From contig CAZAOT010000001.1 in the NCBI GenBank assembly GCA_964487045.1, forward strand, positions 215,863-279,862: a stretch of 64,000 nucleotides of DNA. The letters run 5' to 3'. Numbering within the stretch: the stretch's first letter is position 1; every line of letters begins with the position of its first letter. The notes beneath the pieces are model-generated. The model was not told the DNA's origin. It worked only from the letters and a program-made list of their open reading frames with translations, and made no database searches. This document shows positions 55,145-64,000 of this stretch, piece after piece. This stretch comes from an uncultured Candidatus Saccharibacteria bacterium (GTDB lineage: Bacteria > Patescibacteriota > UBA1384 > DTJR01). Made by a program: the position numbers and the translations under genes.

Positions 55145-57830
55145 TAGACTTTTTGGCGGTAGCAATTCACGAGAAGTTAGAAAGCTCGATTCTATTGTTG
55201 CAAAAATTAACTCCTTTGAAGAAGAATATAAAAGTTTAAAAGACGAAGAGCTTCCTAAGAAGACTGAGGATTTTAAGCAAAGAATAGCCTCAGGCGAAAC
55301 CCTTGATAGCATTTTGCCTGAAGCTTTTGCTCTTGTGCGTGAAGCATCTGGAAGAGAGATCGGCCAGAGGCATTTTAATGTTCAGATGATGGGAGGAATC
55401 GTTCTGCATCAAGGCAAGATCGCTGAAATGCGAACTGGAGAAGGTAAGACTTTGGTCGCTACTTTGCCTTTATATCTAAATGCACTCTCGGGCAAGGGAG
55501 CTCATCTAGTCACCGTAAACGATTATCTCTCTAAGTATCAGGGAGAATGGATGGGTCGGGTTTATGATCGATTGGGCCTTAAAACAGGGATTATCCAAAA
55601 CCAAGGTGTGAGCTTTATTTTTGATCGTGCCTGGAATAAGGAAAAGACAGAAGATGAAAAAAAGGCAGCCGAAGTATGGGAAGAAAACTTAAAGCCATGC
55701 ACTAGGGCTGAGGCTTACTTAGCTGACATTACTTATGGAACTAACAATGAATATGGTTTTGATTACTTGCGTGATAATATGGCACAAAGCAAAGAGCAAC
55801 TTGTTCAAAGGGATCTTAACTTTTCTATTGTCGATGAAGTTGACTCGATCCTAATTGATGAAGCAAGGACCCCACTTATTATTTCTTCTGCTGCCGAAGA
55901 GTCAGCTTCGCTTTATGCTCAGTTTGCCATGATCGTGCCACAGCTTAAAAAGGATCTGGATTTTGAAGTTGACGAAAAGTTAAAGGCGATCTCACTGACT
56001 GATGATGGAATCTCAAAACTCGAAAAAATTCTGAAGGTAGATAATATTTATAGGCCAGAGACGATCGCATTGGTGCACCATCTTGAGGAGGCGCTAAAGG
56101 CTCATGCACTATTTCAAAAAGATAAAGATTATATTGTCAAAGATGGCGAAGTTATTATTGTGGATGAATTTACTGGCAGACTAATGCCAGGCAGAAGGTA
56201 TTCAGAAGGCTTACATCAGGCTATAGAAGCCAAAGAGGGCGTGATGGTAAATCGCGAATCTGATACCTTAGCGACGATTTCTTTCCAAAATTTCTTTAGA
56301 TTGTATGGCAAGCTTTCCGGTATGACAGGAACGGCTGCGACAGAGGCGGAAGAATTTCATAAGATTTATAAACTTGACGTTGTCGAGATTCCCACCAATA
56401 GTCCGATGGTCAGAATCGATATGCAGGATCAGATTTATAAAAATGAAGCAGCAAAGTTCAACGCCATTAGTGAAAAGATCAAGGAGCTTAGCGAAAAAGG
56501 TCAGCCAGTTTTGGTCGGAACTATTTCGATCGAAAAATCAGAAGTACTATCAAAATTACTTAAACGTTCTGGCGTAAAGCATGAAGTCTTAAATGCAAAA
56601 GCCCATGAGAAAGAGGCAAAAATTATTGCTCAGGCTGGAAGGCTTGGAGCGGTAACAGTTGCAACCAACATGGCCGGAAGAGGAGTAGACATCTTGCTTG
56701 GAGGAAGTCCCCAGATCAAGGAAGAAGCCGATAAAGTCAGAAAACTTGGCGGCTTAGTTGTCCTTGGTACTGAGCGACACGAGTCAAGACGTATAGACAA
56801 CCAGCTTCGTGGACGATCTGGTCGTCAGGGTGACCCTGGGATGAGTCAATTTTACATTTCAATGGATGATGATTTGATGAGAATTTTTGGCGGAGATCGT
56901 CTAAAGGGCATGATGGAGCGTATGGGTTTGCCAGAAGACCAGCCAATTGAACATTCATTTATATCTAAGTCGATCGAATCAGCGCAAAGGAGAGTTGAAG
57001 GGCATAACTTTGATATTAGAAAACATTTAGTTGAATACGATGATGTTATGAATCGACAGAGAGAAGTTTTTTATCGAAAACGAAAAAGTATACTTTCGCT
57101 CGACGTCGAAAAGGACGAGTTCCTGCATGATGAAATTTTGGAAAAACTTTCAGAAGAAGAAAAAGCTAGCTATCTGTCAAATTCTAAAAATGTTGACCCG
57201 AGAGCGATCAGAGATCTGGAGAGAAGAATATATCTCTCTATCATGGACCAGCTGTGGGTTGAGCATCTAAACACGATGGATCAATTAAGGGACTCTATAG
57301 GACTAAGGGGCTATGGCCAAGTCGATCCGCTTATTGCCTACAAAGAAGAGTCGCTAAGGCTTTTTGAAGGATTGATGCATCAAATAGACGACGAAGCGAT
57401 TGATGTCCTCGTAAAAATTAAAATAGATCAATCAGCTTCAAATTCAGCTGCTAAGCCTACCGTGCAAAAAAATAATCCGCTTGAATATCATGGAGCAGAC
57501 GAAACCGAAGGATCTGAAGTCATTGAAGAGACGAAAAATAGTTTAGAAACTTCCGCTCGCCCCGTTAGAGATTTACGAGAAGAAGCTGGTGAGCAGGCTA
57601 ATGATTATACACAAAATCCTGAGATCTCTAACGGGGTAAAAAAATCCCCAGAAAAACTTCCTACTAAGAAAGCTAGCGGCGGGGTGGTTGTCACAGTTAG
57701 AGATGCATCTAAGAAAATGGAGCAAGCGGTTAATCAGTCAGGCTCACCAAAACAAAACTCAAATATTGGACGCAACGATCCTTGTCCGTGCGGCAGCGGG
57801 AAAAAGTACAAAAAATGCCACGGTAAGTAA
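55125..57830 (+). CDS. secA: Preprotein translocase subunit SecA
   Basis: [66 protein letters not shown]. Confidence 0.98.
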   Translation: MMKKILDRLFGGSNSREVRKLDSIVAKINSFEEEYKSLKDEELPKKTEDFKQRIASGETLDSILPEAFALVREASGREIGQRHFNVQMMGGIVLHQGKIAEMRTGEGKTLVATLPLYLNALSGKGAHLVTVNDYLSKYQGEWMGRVYDRLGLKTGIIQNQGVSFIFDRAWNKEKTEDEKKAAEVWEENLKPCTRAEAYLADITYGTNNEYGFDYLRDNMAQSKEQLVQRDLNFSIVDEVDSILIDEARTPLIISSAAEESASLYAQFAMIVPQLKKDLDFEVDEKLKAISLTDDGISKLEKILKVDNIYRPETIALVHHLEEALKAHALFQKDKDYIVKDGEVIIVDEFTGRLMPGRRYSEGLHQAIEAKEGVMVNRESDTLATISFQNFFRLYGKLSGMTGTAATEAEEFHKIYKLDVVEIPTNSPMVRIDMQDQIYKNEAAKFNAISEKIKELSEKGQPVLVGTISIEKSEVLSKLLKRSGVKHEVLNAKAHEKEAKIIAQAGRLGAVTVATNMAGRGVDILLGGSPQIKEEADKVRKLGGLVVLGTERHESRRIDNQLRGRSGRQGDPGMSQFYISMDDDLMRIFGGDRLKGMMERMGLPEDQPIEHSFISKSIESAQRRVEGHNFDIRKHLVEYDDVMNRQREVFYRKRKSILSLDVEKDEFLHDEILEKLSEEEKASYLSNSKNVDPRAIRDLERRIYLSIMDQLWVEHLNTMDQLRDSIGLRGYGQVDPLIAYKEESLRLFEGLMHQIDDEAIDVLVKIKIDQSASNSAAKPTVQKNNPLEYHGADETEGSEVIEETKNSLETSARPVRDLREEAGEQANDYTQNPEISNGVKKSPEKLPTKKASGGVVVTVRDASKKMEQAVNQSGSPKQNSNIGRNDPCPCGSGKKYKKCHGK
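57560..57636. mobile_element. TIR element copy D (77 bp), in frame inside secA
   Basis: CCCCGTTAGAGAT / ATCTCTAACGGGG, translated as RPVRD...EISNGV. Confidence 0.7.
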
Positions 57831-58550
57831 ATGAACTTAATATTTCTAGCAGCAGGGTTTGCCACTAGACTTGAGCCATTAACTCTAGATCGGCCAAAAC
57901 ATCTTCTGCCTCTTAAAAATGGAGTATTCATTGATCTTTTGATTGATCAACTCAAAAGTGTCGAAAACCAATTCGACAGGAAGATTCTAGTTACTAATGA
58001 AAGATATAAGCAAAGCTTTTCCTCTTGGCAGGAAAGCGCTAAATTTAAAGTCGAGGTCTTTTCGGATGGAGTAAGTAAAAAGGAGAGTCGTTTGGGCGCT
58101 ATTGGCGATTTGCTCAATGTTTTGGATCAAGCTTCGGCTGATGATGATCTTTTGATCTTGGCGAGTGACTATATTCTAAAAGATTTTAATTTTGAACAAT
58201 TTTTGAAGTTTGCAAAAAGTAAAAAATCTTCTGCAACTGTAGCAAAAAAGGAGAAAGACAAAGAAGCAATAAAAGCCGGCTCATGCTTAATGCTTGGAGT
58301 TGATGACAGGATTGTTTCTTTTGCTGAAAAGCCAGAAGAACCTTTTTCCGATCTTTATGGCGCTCCTTATTATTATGTTACGAAGAATGATCTTAAGAAA
58401 ATTCGCGAGATTCCACGAGAGCTGTGGGACAATTGCGGACAAATTGTAGCCCAGCTTTTAAATGATTCTGTAATATATGGATTTAAGTTTGACGGAGATG
58501 ATTTGCATATGACGACTCTTAGCGACTACGAAAAAATTAAATCAATCTAA
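57831..58550 (+). CDS. Sugar-phosphate nucleotidyltransferase
   Basis: FLAAGFATRLEPLTLDRPKHLLP, LGAIGD, FAEKP. Confidence 0.88.
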   Translation: MNLIFLAAGFATRLEPLTLDRPKHLLPLKNGVFIDLLIDQLKSVENQFDRKILVTNERYKQSFSSWQESAKFKVEVFSDGVSKKESRLGAIGDLLNVLDQASADDDLLILASDYILKDFNFEQFLKFAKSKKSSATVAKKEKDKEAIKAGSCLMLGVDDRIVSFAEKPEEPFSDLYGAPYYYVTKNDLKKIREIPRELWDNCGQIVAQLLNDSVIYGFKFDGDDLHMTTLSDYEKIKSI

Positions 58551-58660
58551 AATATCCTATTAATAAGTTCTATAGAGAAAAAGGATATAATAAGTACATC
58601 AGCAAAACAAAATCTCAAAAAATAGCTGGTGCGAGGGGCGTTTTAATAGCGACTGTAAGT

Positions 58661-60307
58661 TTGCTTGTCTTGTTTTTTGTGTTGTTTTTTCCTTCGATTG
58701 CAAAAGAAGGAATATTTAATCTAAGCAGTAGTCAGAAGGATTCATTAATTATTCTGCCGCATCTTGATAGTGCTAAAAACTCTAGGCAAGTTTTTATAAA
58801 TGGAATCGATATAAATCCAAGTGATATCGTCATTCTCTCGACAAACCACTTTAATGTTTCGCCTAAAAATATTATCTATTCTAACTCAAGTTGGGTGCTT
58901 GAGGATATTTCTTTAAACCAAAATCAAAATAATCAAATTCAAGACGATGGCGGGTTTGATGATCTGCTAAAAACAGATCATGGCATAAGAAATGTAATTG
59001 TCGATCTTGCAAGTAAATTCAAGCAAGCGACCTACCATAATTATTTAGTTAAATCAGGAGCAACCGAAGAGGAGCTTAAAGATTTACAAGATAATATTAA
59101 GCGATATTGCGAAAAGAAAGACTGCTTGATTGTAGGCTCAGTTGATTTTTCTCATTATAATCCAAATTCACTTAGTCAAATTCACGATCGATATTCGATA
59201 GGGGCGCTTGAGAGTTTTGACGAGAATAAAATAAAAAATTCTGAAACAGATTCTCCGGAGGTTTTGGAGATTGTTAGCAATCTAGCGAAAGAGTTTGGTC
59301 AAAATAATTTCGAAGTTTTTGAAAATTCCAATACTGGGGAGCAATCGGGAAATTTCGATACGGAAACAACAAGCTGGGTCATCGGGAGATATAGCGATAA
59401 AGTTCTCGACAAGCAAAATTCGACCGAATTGATGTTTGCCGGAGATATAATGATGGATAGGCTTGTAGATGCTCGATATAAAAATAACTTCAAGTCATTA
59501 TTTTCTGAATTTAAGGATAGGGTTTTTGCAGGGGTTGATGCATCAATCGCAAATTTTGAGGGACCTCTAAATGATGGTCCTGTAAAAGAAGATGTGTCTG
59601 TCGATAATTTGTTATTTAATTTTCCTTTAAGCAGTCTTGAGGGTCTTAAATATATTAATTTAAGTGGATTCACTTTGGCCAACAACCACACTTTAAATGA
59701 TGGAACAAAAGGACTAAGTAGAACCAGGACACTTCTTGATGAGAATAATTTTTTTGAATTCGGTTCTCCTAAGGGCGTTGACCAGTATTCTGTTAAGGAG
59801 TTAAGCACTAATCCAAAAGTGAGCCTCATAGGGATAAATGTGCTTGAAGGTGTAGACCAAACTAAACTAGTTGATTTAATAAGAGATCAAAAATCAAAAG
59901 GTAACTTCGTTGTAATTTATCCGCATTGGGGCGCGGAATACCAATTGTCTCACGGCGCATCGCAGCAAAAACTTGCCTATGAAATGATTGATGCTGGAGC
60001 CGATATGATTGTTGGGAGTCACCCGCATGTAGTGCAAGATAGTGAAATATATAAAGGCAAGGCAATATTTTATTCTTTAGGAAATTTTGTTTTTGATCAG
60101 CTTTTTTCAAAAGAAACGCAGCAGGGTTTGATTTTGGCTGTGAATATTACAGAAAGCAGACAAAAAATAGTATTAGTTCCAGTTGAGTCAAAAAATCTTA
60201 AACCCCAGCTTGCAACTGGCTCCGTGCGTCTTGAAATTCTCCGCCGGGTGATGCCGAAAGATTTTTTAAACCAGTTAGAAAGTGGTATAATAGAACTAAA
60301 TCGTTAA
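58661..60307 (+). CDS. Memo/AmmeMemoRadiSam-B-like domain fused to a CapA-family metallophosphoesterase
   Basis: ILPH, STNHF, DHGI, GSVDFSH; FAGDIMMDR, ANFEG, LANNH, PHWG.EY, GSHPHV, YSLGNF; start uncertain. Confidence 0.82.
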   Translation: MLVLFFVLFFPSIAKEGIFNLSSSQKDSLIILPHLDSAKNSRQVFINGIDINPSDIVILSTNHFNVSPKNIIYSNSSWVLEDISLNQNQNNQIQDDGGFDDLLKTDHGIRNVIVDLASKFKQATYHNYLVKSGATEEELKDLQDNIKRYCEKKDCLIVGSVDFSHYNPNSLSQIHDRYSIGALESFDENKIKNSETDSPEVLEIVSNLAKEFGQNNFEVFENSNTGEQSGNFDTETTSWVIGRYSDKVLDKQNSTELMFAGDIMMDRLVDARYKNNFKSLFSEFKDRVFAGVDASIANFEGPLNDGPVKEDVSVDNLLFNFPLSSLEGLKYINLSGFTLANNHTLNDGTKGLSRTRTLLDENNFFEFGSPKGVDQYSVKELSTNPKVSLIGINVLEGVDQTKLVDLIRDQKSKGNFVVIYPHWGAEYQLSHGASQQKLAYEMIDAGADMIVGSHPHVVQDSEIYKGKAIFYSLGNFVFDQLFSKETQQGLILAVNITESRQKIVLVPVESKNLKPQLATGSVRLEILRRVMPKDFLNQLESGIIELNR

Positions 60308-60319
60308 AAAAGGAGGGGT

Positions 60320-62026
60320 ATGGATGAGCCAATTCAGACCCAAGAAACTACAAAAGAAGTTAGCCCTCATCGTATATCGAATAAAGTTTTAATTGGAGCG
60401 ATATCGGTAGCTAGTGTCTTAGTGTTAGCTGTTGGAGCATATGCTTATAAAAATTATTCTTCTGGAAATAAAGAGGTTGCCGTATCATCTCCAGTAGCTT
60501 CACCCGTTGCGTCTCTTGAGATAAAATCGCCTGTAGCAGATAGAATTGTCGATGAAGGTGTGACATGGCAAGAACCTCAAAAAATAGATGACCAGGGTTT
60601 ATTTGAAAAATCGGGATCAAATAGCGACTATATGTCCACAGATTATTATAAGGTTGGTACAACTGCATCTGGCGGAGAGATTGTTCTTGCTAAGGTAAAT
60701 ATCGCTGGGATGGGTGATACTTATAGCATCCAAAGAATTATTAAAAATGGTGAAACATATAAAAGGATTTCTCAAAATAGTGAAGCTATCGATGGCAATA
60801 GTTTTGCTCCAACCAGTAAGTTAGAGCAAGATAGTAGTTACTCATTTAAATCGTTGTTCGCCGATAAAGTGATAACTAAAGACGATACTGAATTAATATC
60901 GAGTCAATCGTCGAAATTTGCAATTGAACTGAGCCCAGACTCCGAAACTAAAAAAATCGCCTCAACAAAATGGGGAGATATGTTTCTTGAGAAGACAAAC
61001 TCTTATTCTATTAACGATCTCAATCAGGCAAATTCGGATAAAACTCCAATCGTGAGGATCTCGAGGTATTATGTTAAGCTTAACGACTCTACTCAAGTTA
61101 CCTATGAACCTCGTCCTACTTTTCTAAGGGATGATAATACTTTTGATTTGGATTTTAAGGTAAAGGGAGCATCATCAATAAAGTATGAAAAGTTTGAGAC
61201 CGGGGGCTGTGGCCTTGGATTTGGATTCTTCCCTTTGATGGTAGATAGCAATTCGCTTAGTGATAAATTTGTTATCGCTAGTAAAAATGGATCGGAGCTC
61301 TCGGGAATAAACGCAACATCCAACAAGACCCTTGAATATGCATATGAACTTTATAAGTCAGACCAAGCTGAGAATAAAAAGGATGTTAGTACATTCGCAA
61401 ATGAATATGCGTTTGTCTATTGGGTAGATGCTTATGGCTCCACAATAGGCTTTCTTAACTCAGAATTTAAGCCGGCAGTCGAATGCGGAAAGCCGGTTGT
61501 TTATCTTTATCCGACCAAAGAAACTAACTTTAAGGTCAAGGTAGGAGCACAGGTAACCAAATCTGATCCTGAATATCTAGGCGGCTGGGAAGGTGTAGCA
61601 AAACCAAATGGGCAGTTGACCGTAGGTGGCAAAGACTACCCAAATCTGTTCTGGGAGGGAAAAGGTGTTGGTATGTATCCTAATATAGATTTCGGCCGAT
61701 TAGTCGAAAGAGAAAATATTAAATCTGAAATTTCTAGAGACTTGTCTCATATGGGTTTAAACAGCCAAGAGATATCAGATTTCAATGCCTATTGGCTTGA
61801 TAAAATGCCGCAGAGCAAATACATTCGCTTGAGTTGGCTTGCTAATAATGAGCTTGATAAACTTGCTCCACTATATATTAGTCCTAAGCCAGAGAGTGTA
61901 ATTCGAGTGTTTCTTGATTTTGCCGGATATAATGAAGCAATCAATTTAACCCATCAAACATTGCCTAAATTTGAGCGCAAAGGATATACGGCGGTGGAAT
62001 GGGGAGGATTGCTTAGAGGAAAATGA
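60320..62026 (+). CDS. Hypothetical membrane-anchored protein with C-terminal KPVVYLYP domain
   Basis: AAGGAGG SD, N-terminal TM, ECGKPVVYLYP...YPNLFWEG...VEWGG. Confidence 0.8.
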   Translation: MDEPIQTQETTKEVSPHRISNKVLIGAISVASVLVLAVGAYAYKNYSSGNKEVAVSSPVASPVASLEIKSPVADRIVDEGVTWQEPQKIDDQGLFEKSGSNSDYMSTDYYKVGTTASGGEIVLAKVNIAGMGDTYSIQRIIKNGETYKRISQNSEAIDGNSFAPTSKLEQDSSYSFKSLFADKVITKDDTELISSQSSKFAIELSPDSETKKIASTKWGDMFLEKTNSYSINDLNQANSDKTPIVRISRYYVKLNDSTQVTYEPRPTFLRDDNTFDLDFKVKGASSIKYEKFETGGCGLGFGFFPLMVDSNSLSDKFVIASKNGSELSGINATSNKTLEYAYELYKSDQAENKKDVSTFANEYAFVYWVDAYGSTIGFLNSEFKPAVECGKPVVYLYPTKETNFKVKVGAQVTKSDPEYLGGWEGVAKPNGQLTVGGKDYPNLFWEGKGVGMYPNIDFGRLVERENIKSEISRDLSHMGLNSQEISDFNAYWLDKMPQSKYIRLSWLANNELDKLAPLYISPKPESVIRVFLDFAGYNEAINLTHQTLPKFERKGYTAVEWGGLLRGK

Positions 62027-62192
62027 AGAGTTGAAGATTACCAATAACCTTTTCAGAACCGGCATAAAAATTTTCCAGCGAAATTTTTTGCCTAAATCTC
62101 GGCCGGTTTTCCCGCAGGCGGGACCAAGCAAAACCGACCTGCGAATTTTCTTCAAAGGTCATTGGTACACTTCATTTTAAGAAAGAGGAGAG

Positions 62193-62891
62193 TTGGAAGA
62201 AAAGAAGGAAGCAATAATAGAGATCAAAGGGCTTACCAAGAAATACGGTAATACCTATGCTTTGGATCATGTTGATTTAAAAATATATCCAAAGGAATTC
62301 ATAATTTTAGTCGGTCCTTCGGGCGCGGGCAAGTCTACCCTCATCAAAATGCTTATAAGGGAAGAAAAGCCTGATAAGGGAAGTATTATGGTGGCCGGAA
62401 GAAATCTTGTAAAGCTTTCGTCTTCAGACTTACCTTATTATCGAAGGAATATTGGAACTGTTTTTCAAGACTACAAGCTTCTACCAACAAAAAACGTTTT
62501 TGAAAATGTCGCCTATGCGCTTGAAGTTGCAGGTGTTTCAGATGAAGAAATTATAAGAAAAGTTCCCAAGGTGCTAAAGGCGGTTAATATCGAAGCCAAA
62601 GCTAACTCCTATCCTGATCAGCTTTCCGGAGGAGAGGCCCAAAGAGTTAGTATCGCAAGAGCGTTGATTCACAATCCTAAGATTTTAATTGCTGACGAGC
62701 CGACTGGAAATTTGGATCCAGAGGCTAGTAGAGAAGTTGCGGTTATTCTGGAGAAGATTAATTGTTTGGGAACTTGTGTTATACTAGCTACTCACGATAG
62801 AGAGCTTGTTGATAGAATGCGTAAGAGGGTGGTAACTATGAAGGAGGGCCGGATCGTTTCGGATCAACAAAATGGCCGGTATAGTTGTTAG
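62193..62891 (+). CDS. ftsE: Cell division ABC transporter ATPase FtsE
   Basis: GPSGAGKST, VFQDYKLL, LSGGEAQR, ADEPTGNLD. Confidence 0.95.
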   Translation: MEEKKEAIIEIKGLTKKYGNTYALDHVDLKIYPKEFIILVGPSGAGKSTLIKMLIREEKPDKGSIMVAGRNLVKLSSSDLPYYRRNIGTVFQDYKLLPTKNVFENVAYALEVAGVSDEEIIRKVPKVLKAVNIEAKANSYPDQLSGGEAQRVSIARALIHNPKILIADEPTGNLDPEASREVAVILEKINCLGTCVILATHDRELVDRMRKRVVTMKEGRIVSDQQNGRYSC

Positions 62892-63803
62892 ATGATAAGA
62901 TTCAAAAGAATTCTAAAAGAAGCTTTAACTGACTTTTTTAGAAATGGACTACTTTCTGCTACCACTACTTTGATTATGACCATGGCTCTTTTGTGTGTTG
63001 GAATATTTATGGTAGTTTTTCTATCCACCAACCAAGCGATTGCTGACCTAAAAGGCAAAATCGATATTGTAATAAATTTCAAGGATGAGGCAAGTGAGTC
63101 ACTAATCCAACAGCTTAAGGCAGAATTACTTGCCAGGCCAAGCATCAAGTCAGTTAGATATATTTCTAAAGAAGACGCCTTGAATGAATTTAAATCAAGA
63201 GAATCGGTCAAGGTTGAAGTCAGGCAAATTATAACTCCAGAAGACAATCCTTTGCCGAGAGGGTTACAAGTTCAGTCGGTTGATCTAGCTGAGTACGATT
63301 ATATTTCTGCTCTTACTAAGAGTCCCATCTATCAGCCATTTATTGACTCCTCTAGCCACGATGATAATAAGCTTTTAATAGAAAATATTAATGATTCCAT
63401 CAAAGTTACTGAGCGAGTTGGTTTCGCCTTGTCTGGTTTATTCTTACTTATTGCGGCACTTGTCGTTTCGAATACTATTCGCTTAACCGTTCACTTTAGA
63501 AATAAAGAAATTGAAATAATGCGTTTAGTCGGAGCTTCAGAGTCGTATGTGAAAATGCCATTTTTGATCGAAGGGATCATCTACGGTACTTTAGCAACGA
63601 TAATTTCTACACTGCTTATTTATGGGTCAACTCTTATCCTCAAAAAAGTTGCAACCACCAGTATATTATCGCGATTTGTTGATAAGGTCGCGCCAGTTTA
63701 TTTTCACGAATTTTGGTTCATTACACTTACAATGTTGGTTATAGGAATAGTGATTGGATTTGGTGCAAGTTGGTTTTCCACAAGGAGGAATGTAAAGCTA
63801 TGA
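62892..63803 (+). CDS. ftsX: Cell division permease FtsX
   Basis: DNPLP, NTIRLT..RNKEIEIMRLVGA..PFLIEG. Confidence 0.94.
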   Translation: MIRFKRILKEALTDFFRNGLLSATTTLIMTMALLCVGIFMVVFLSTNQAIADLKGKIDIVINFKDEASESLIQQLKAELLARPSIKSVRYISKEDALNEFKSRESVKVEVRQIITPEDNPLPRGLQVQSVDLAEYDYISALTKSPIYQPFIDSSSHDDNKLLIENINDSIKVTERVGFALSGLFLLIAALVVSNTIRLTVHFRNKEIEIMRLVGASESYVKMPFLIEGIIYGTLATIISTLLIYGSTLILKKVATTSILSRFVDKVAPVYFHEFWFITLTMLVIGIVIGFGASWFSTRRNVKL

Positions 63804-64000
63804 ACAAACAAATTATAGTTAAGTTTCTTTTAGCAATTATCATTATTGGACTACCTGCTCAATTTGCGAGCGCGGCGTCACTTAGTGATCTTCTGAGGCA
63901 ACGCGATCAGTTGAATCAAGATCTTAACAATGCTCAGTCGGCTGCCGATAATAAAGCCAAGGAAGCTAAGACACTTTCGACACAGATTAAGAGTTTGGAC
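63800..64000 (+). CDS. Start of a secreted coiled-coil protein (probable PcsB/CwlO/EnvC-like FtsX partner), truncated by the window edge
   Basis: MNKQIIVKFLLAIIIIGLPAQFASAASLSDLLRQRDQLNQDLNNAQ...; follows ftsEX. Confidence 0.7.
   Translation, partial: MNKQIIVKFLLAIIIIGLPAQFASAASLSDLLRQRDQLNQDLNNAQSAADNKAKEAKTLSTQIKSLD

Noticed and set aside
1-64000. CRISPR array, integrase, transposase or reverse transcriptase
   Set aside because: No regularly spaced repeat-spacer array and no ORF with recognisable catalytic motifs for these families

Overview
A 64-kb chromosomal segment of an AT-rich, reduced-genome bacterium. Gene content and style fit Patescibacteria/CPR (short AlaS, FtsA-like/baseplate-J-like/RuvX trio, sortase, ComM, non-canonical tRNA T-loops); this assignment is inference. 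The backbone is housekeeping: ftsH (partial), pcrA, rsmA, miaA, comM, secG, glmS, rpsA, nrnA, alaS, ruvX, mltG, mreBCD-mrdA, greA, serS, secA, ftsEX and 7 tRNAs. No integrase, transposase, RT or CRISPR array is visible. Five layers are not explained by the gene list. (1) A terminal-inverted-repeat element family (CCCGTTAGA...TCTAACGGG) in four copies: one encloses a GIY-YIG nuclease gene, three are empty, three supply the upstream gene's stop codon and one is translated in frame inside SecA. (2) A dispersed 160-280 nt repeat in five copies with compensatory stem changes and a conserved CAAACTTGT loop. (3) About 12 solitary GC-rich orphan cassettes, mostly with their own sigma70 promoter, SD and hairpin terminator, in a host whose core genes often look leaderless. 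(4) Three free-standing LAGLIDADG genes, each abutting or overlapping a tRNA. (5) An amino-sugar cluster with an RHH-nucleotidyltransferase fusion, a GHMP-pseudokinase/wHTH-like protein and an identical 25-bp palindromic site at two promoters. All calls come from reading the sequence and ORF track by eye; no searches or folding computations were run.
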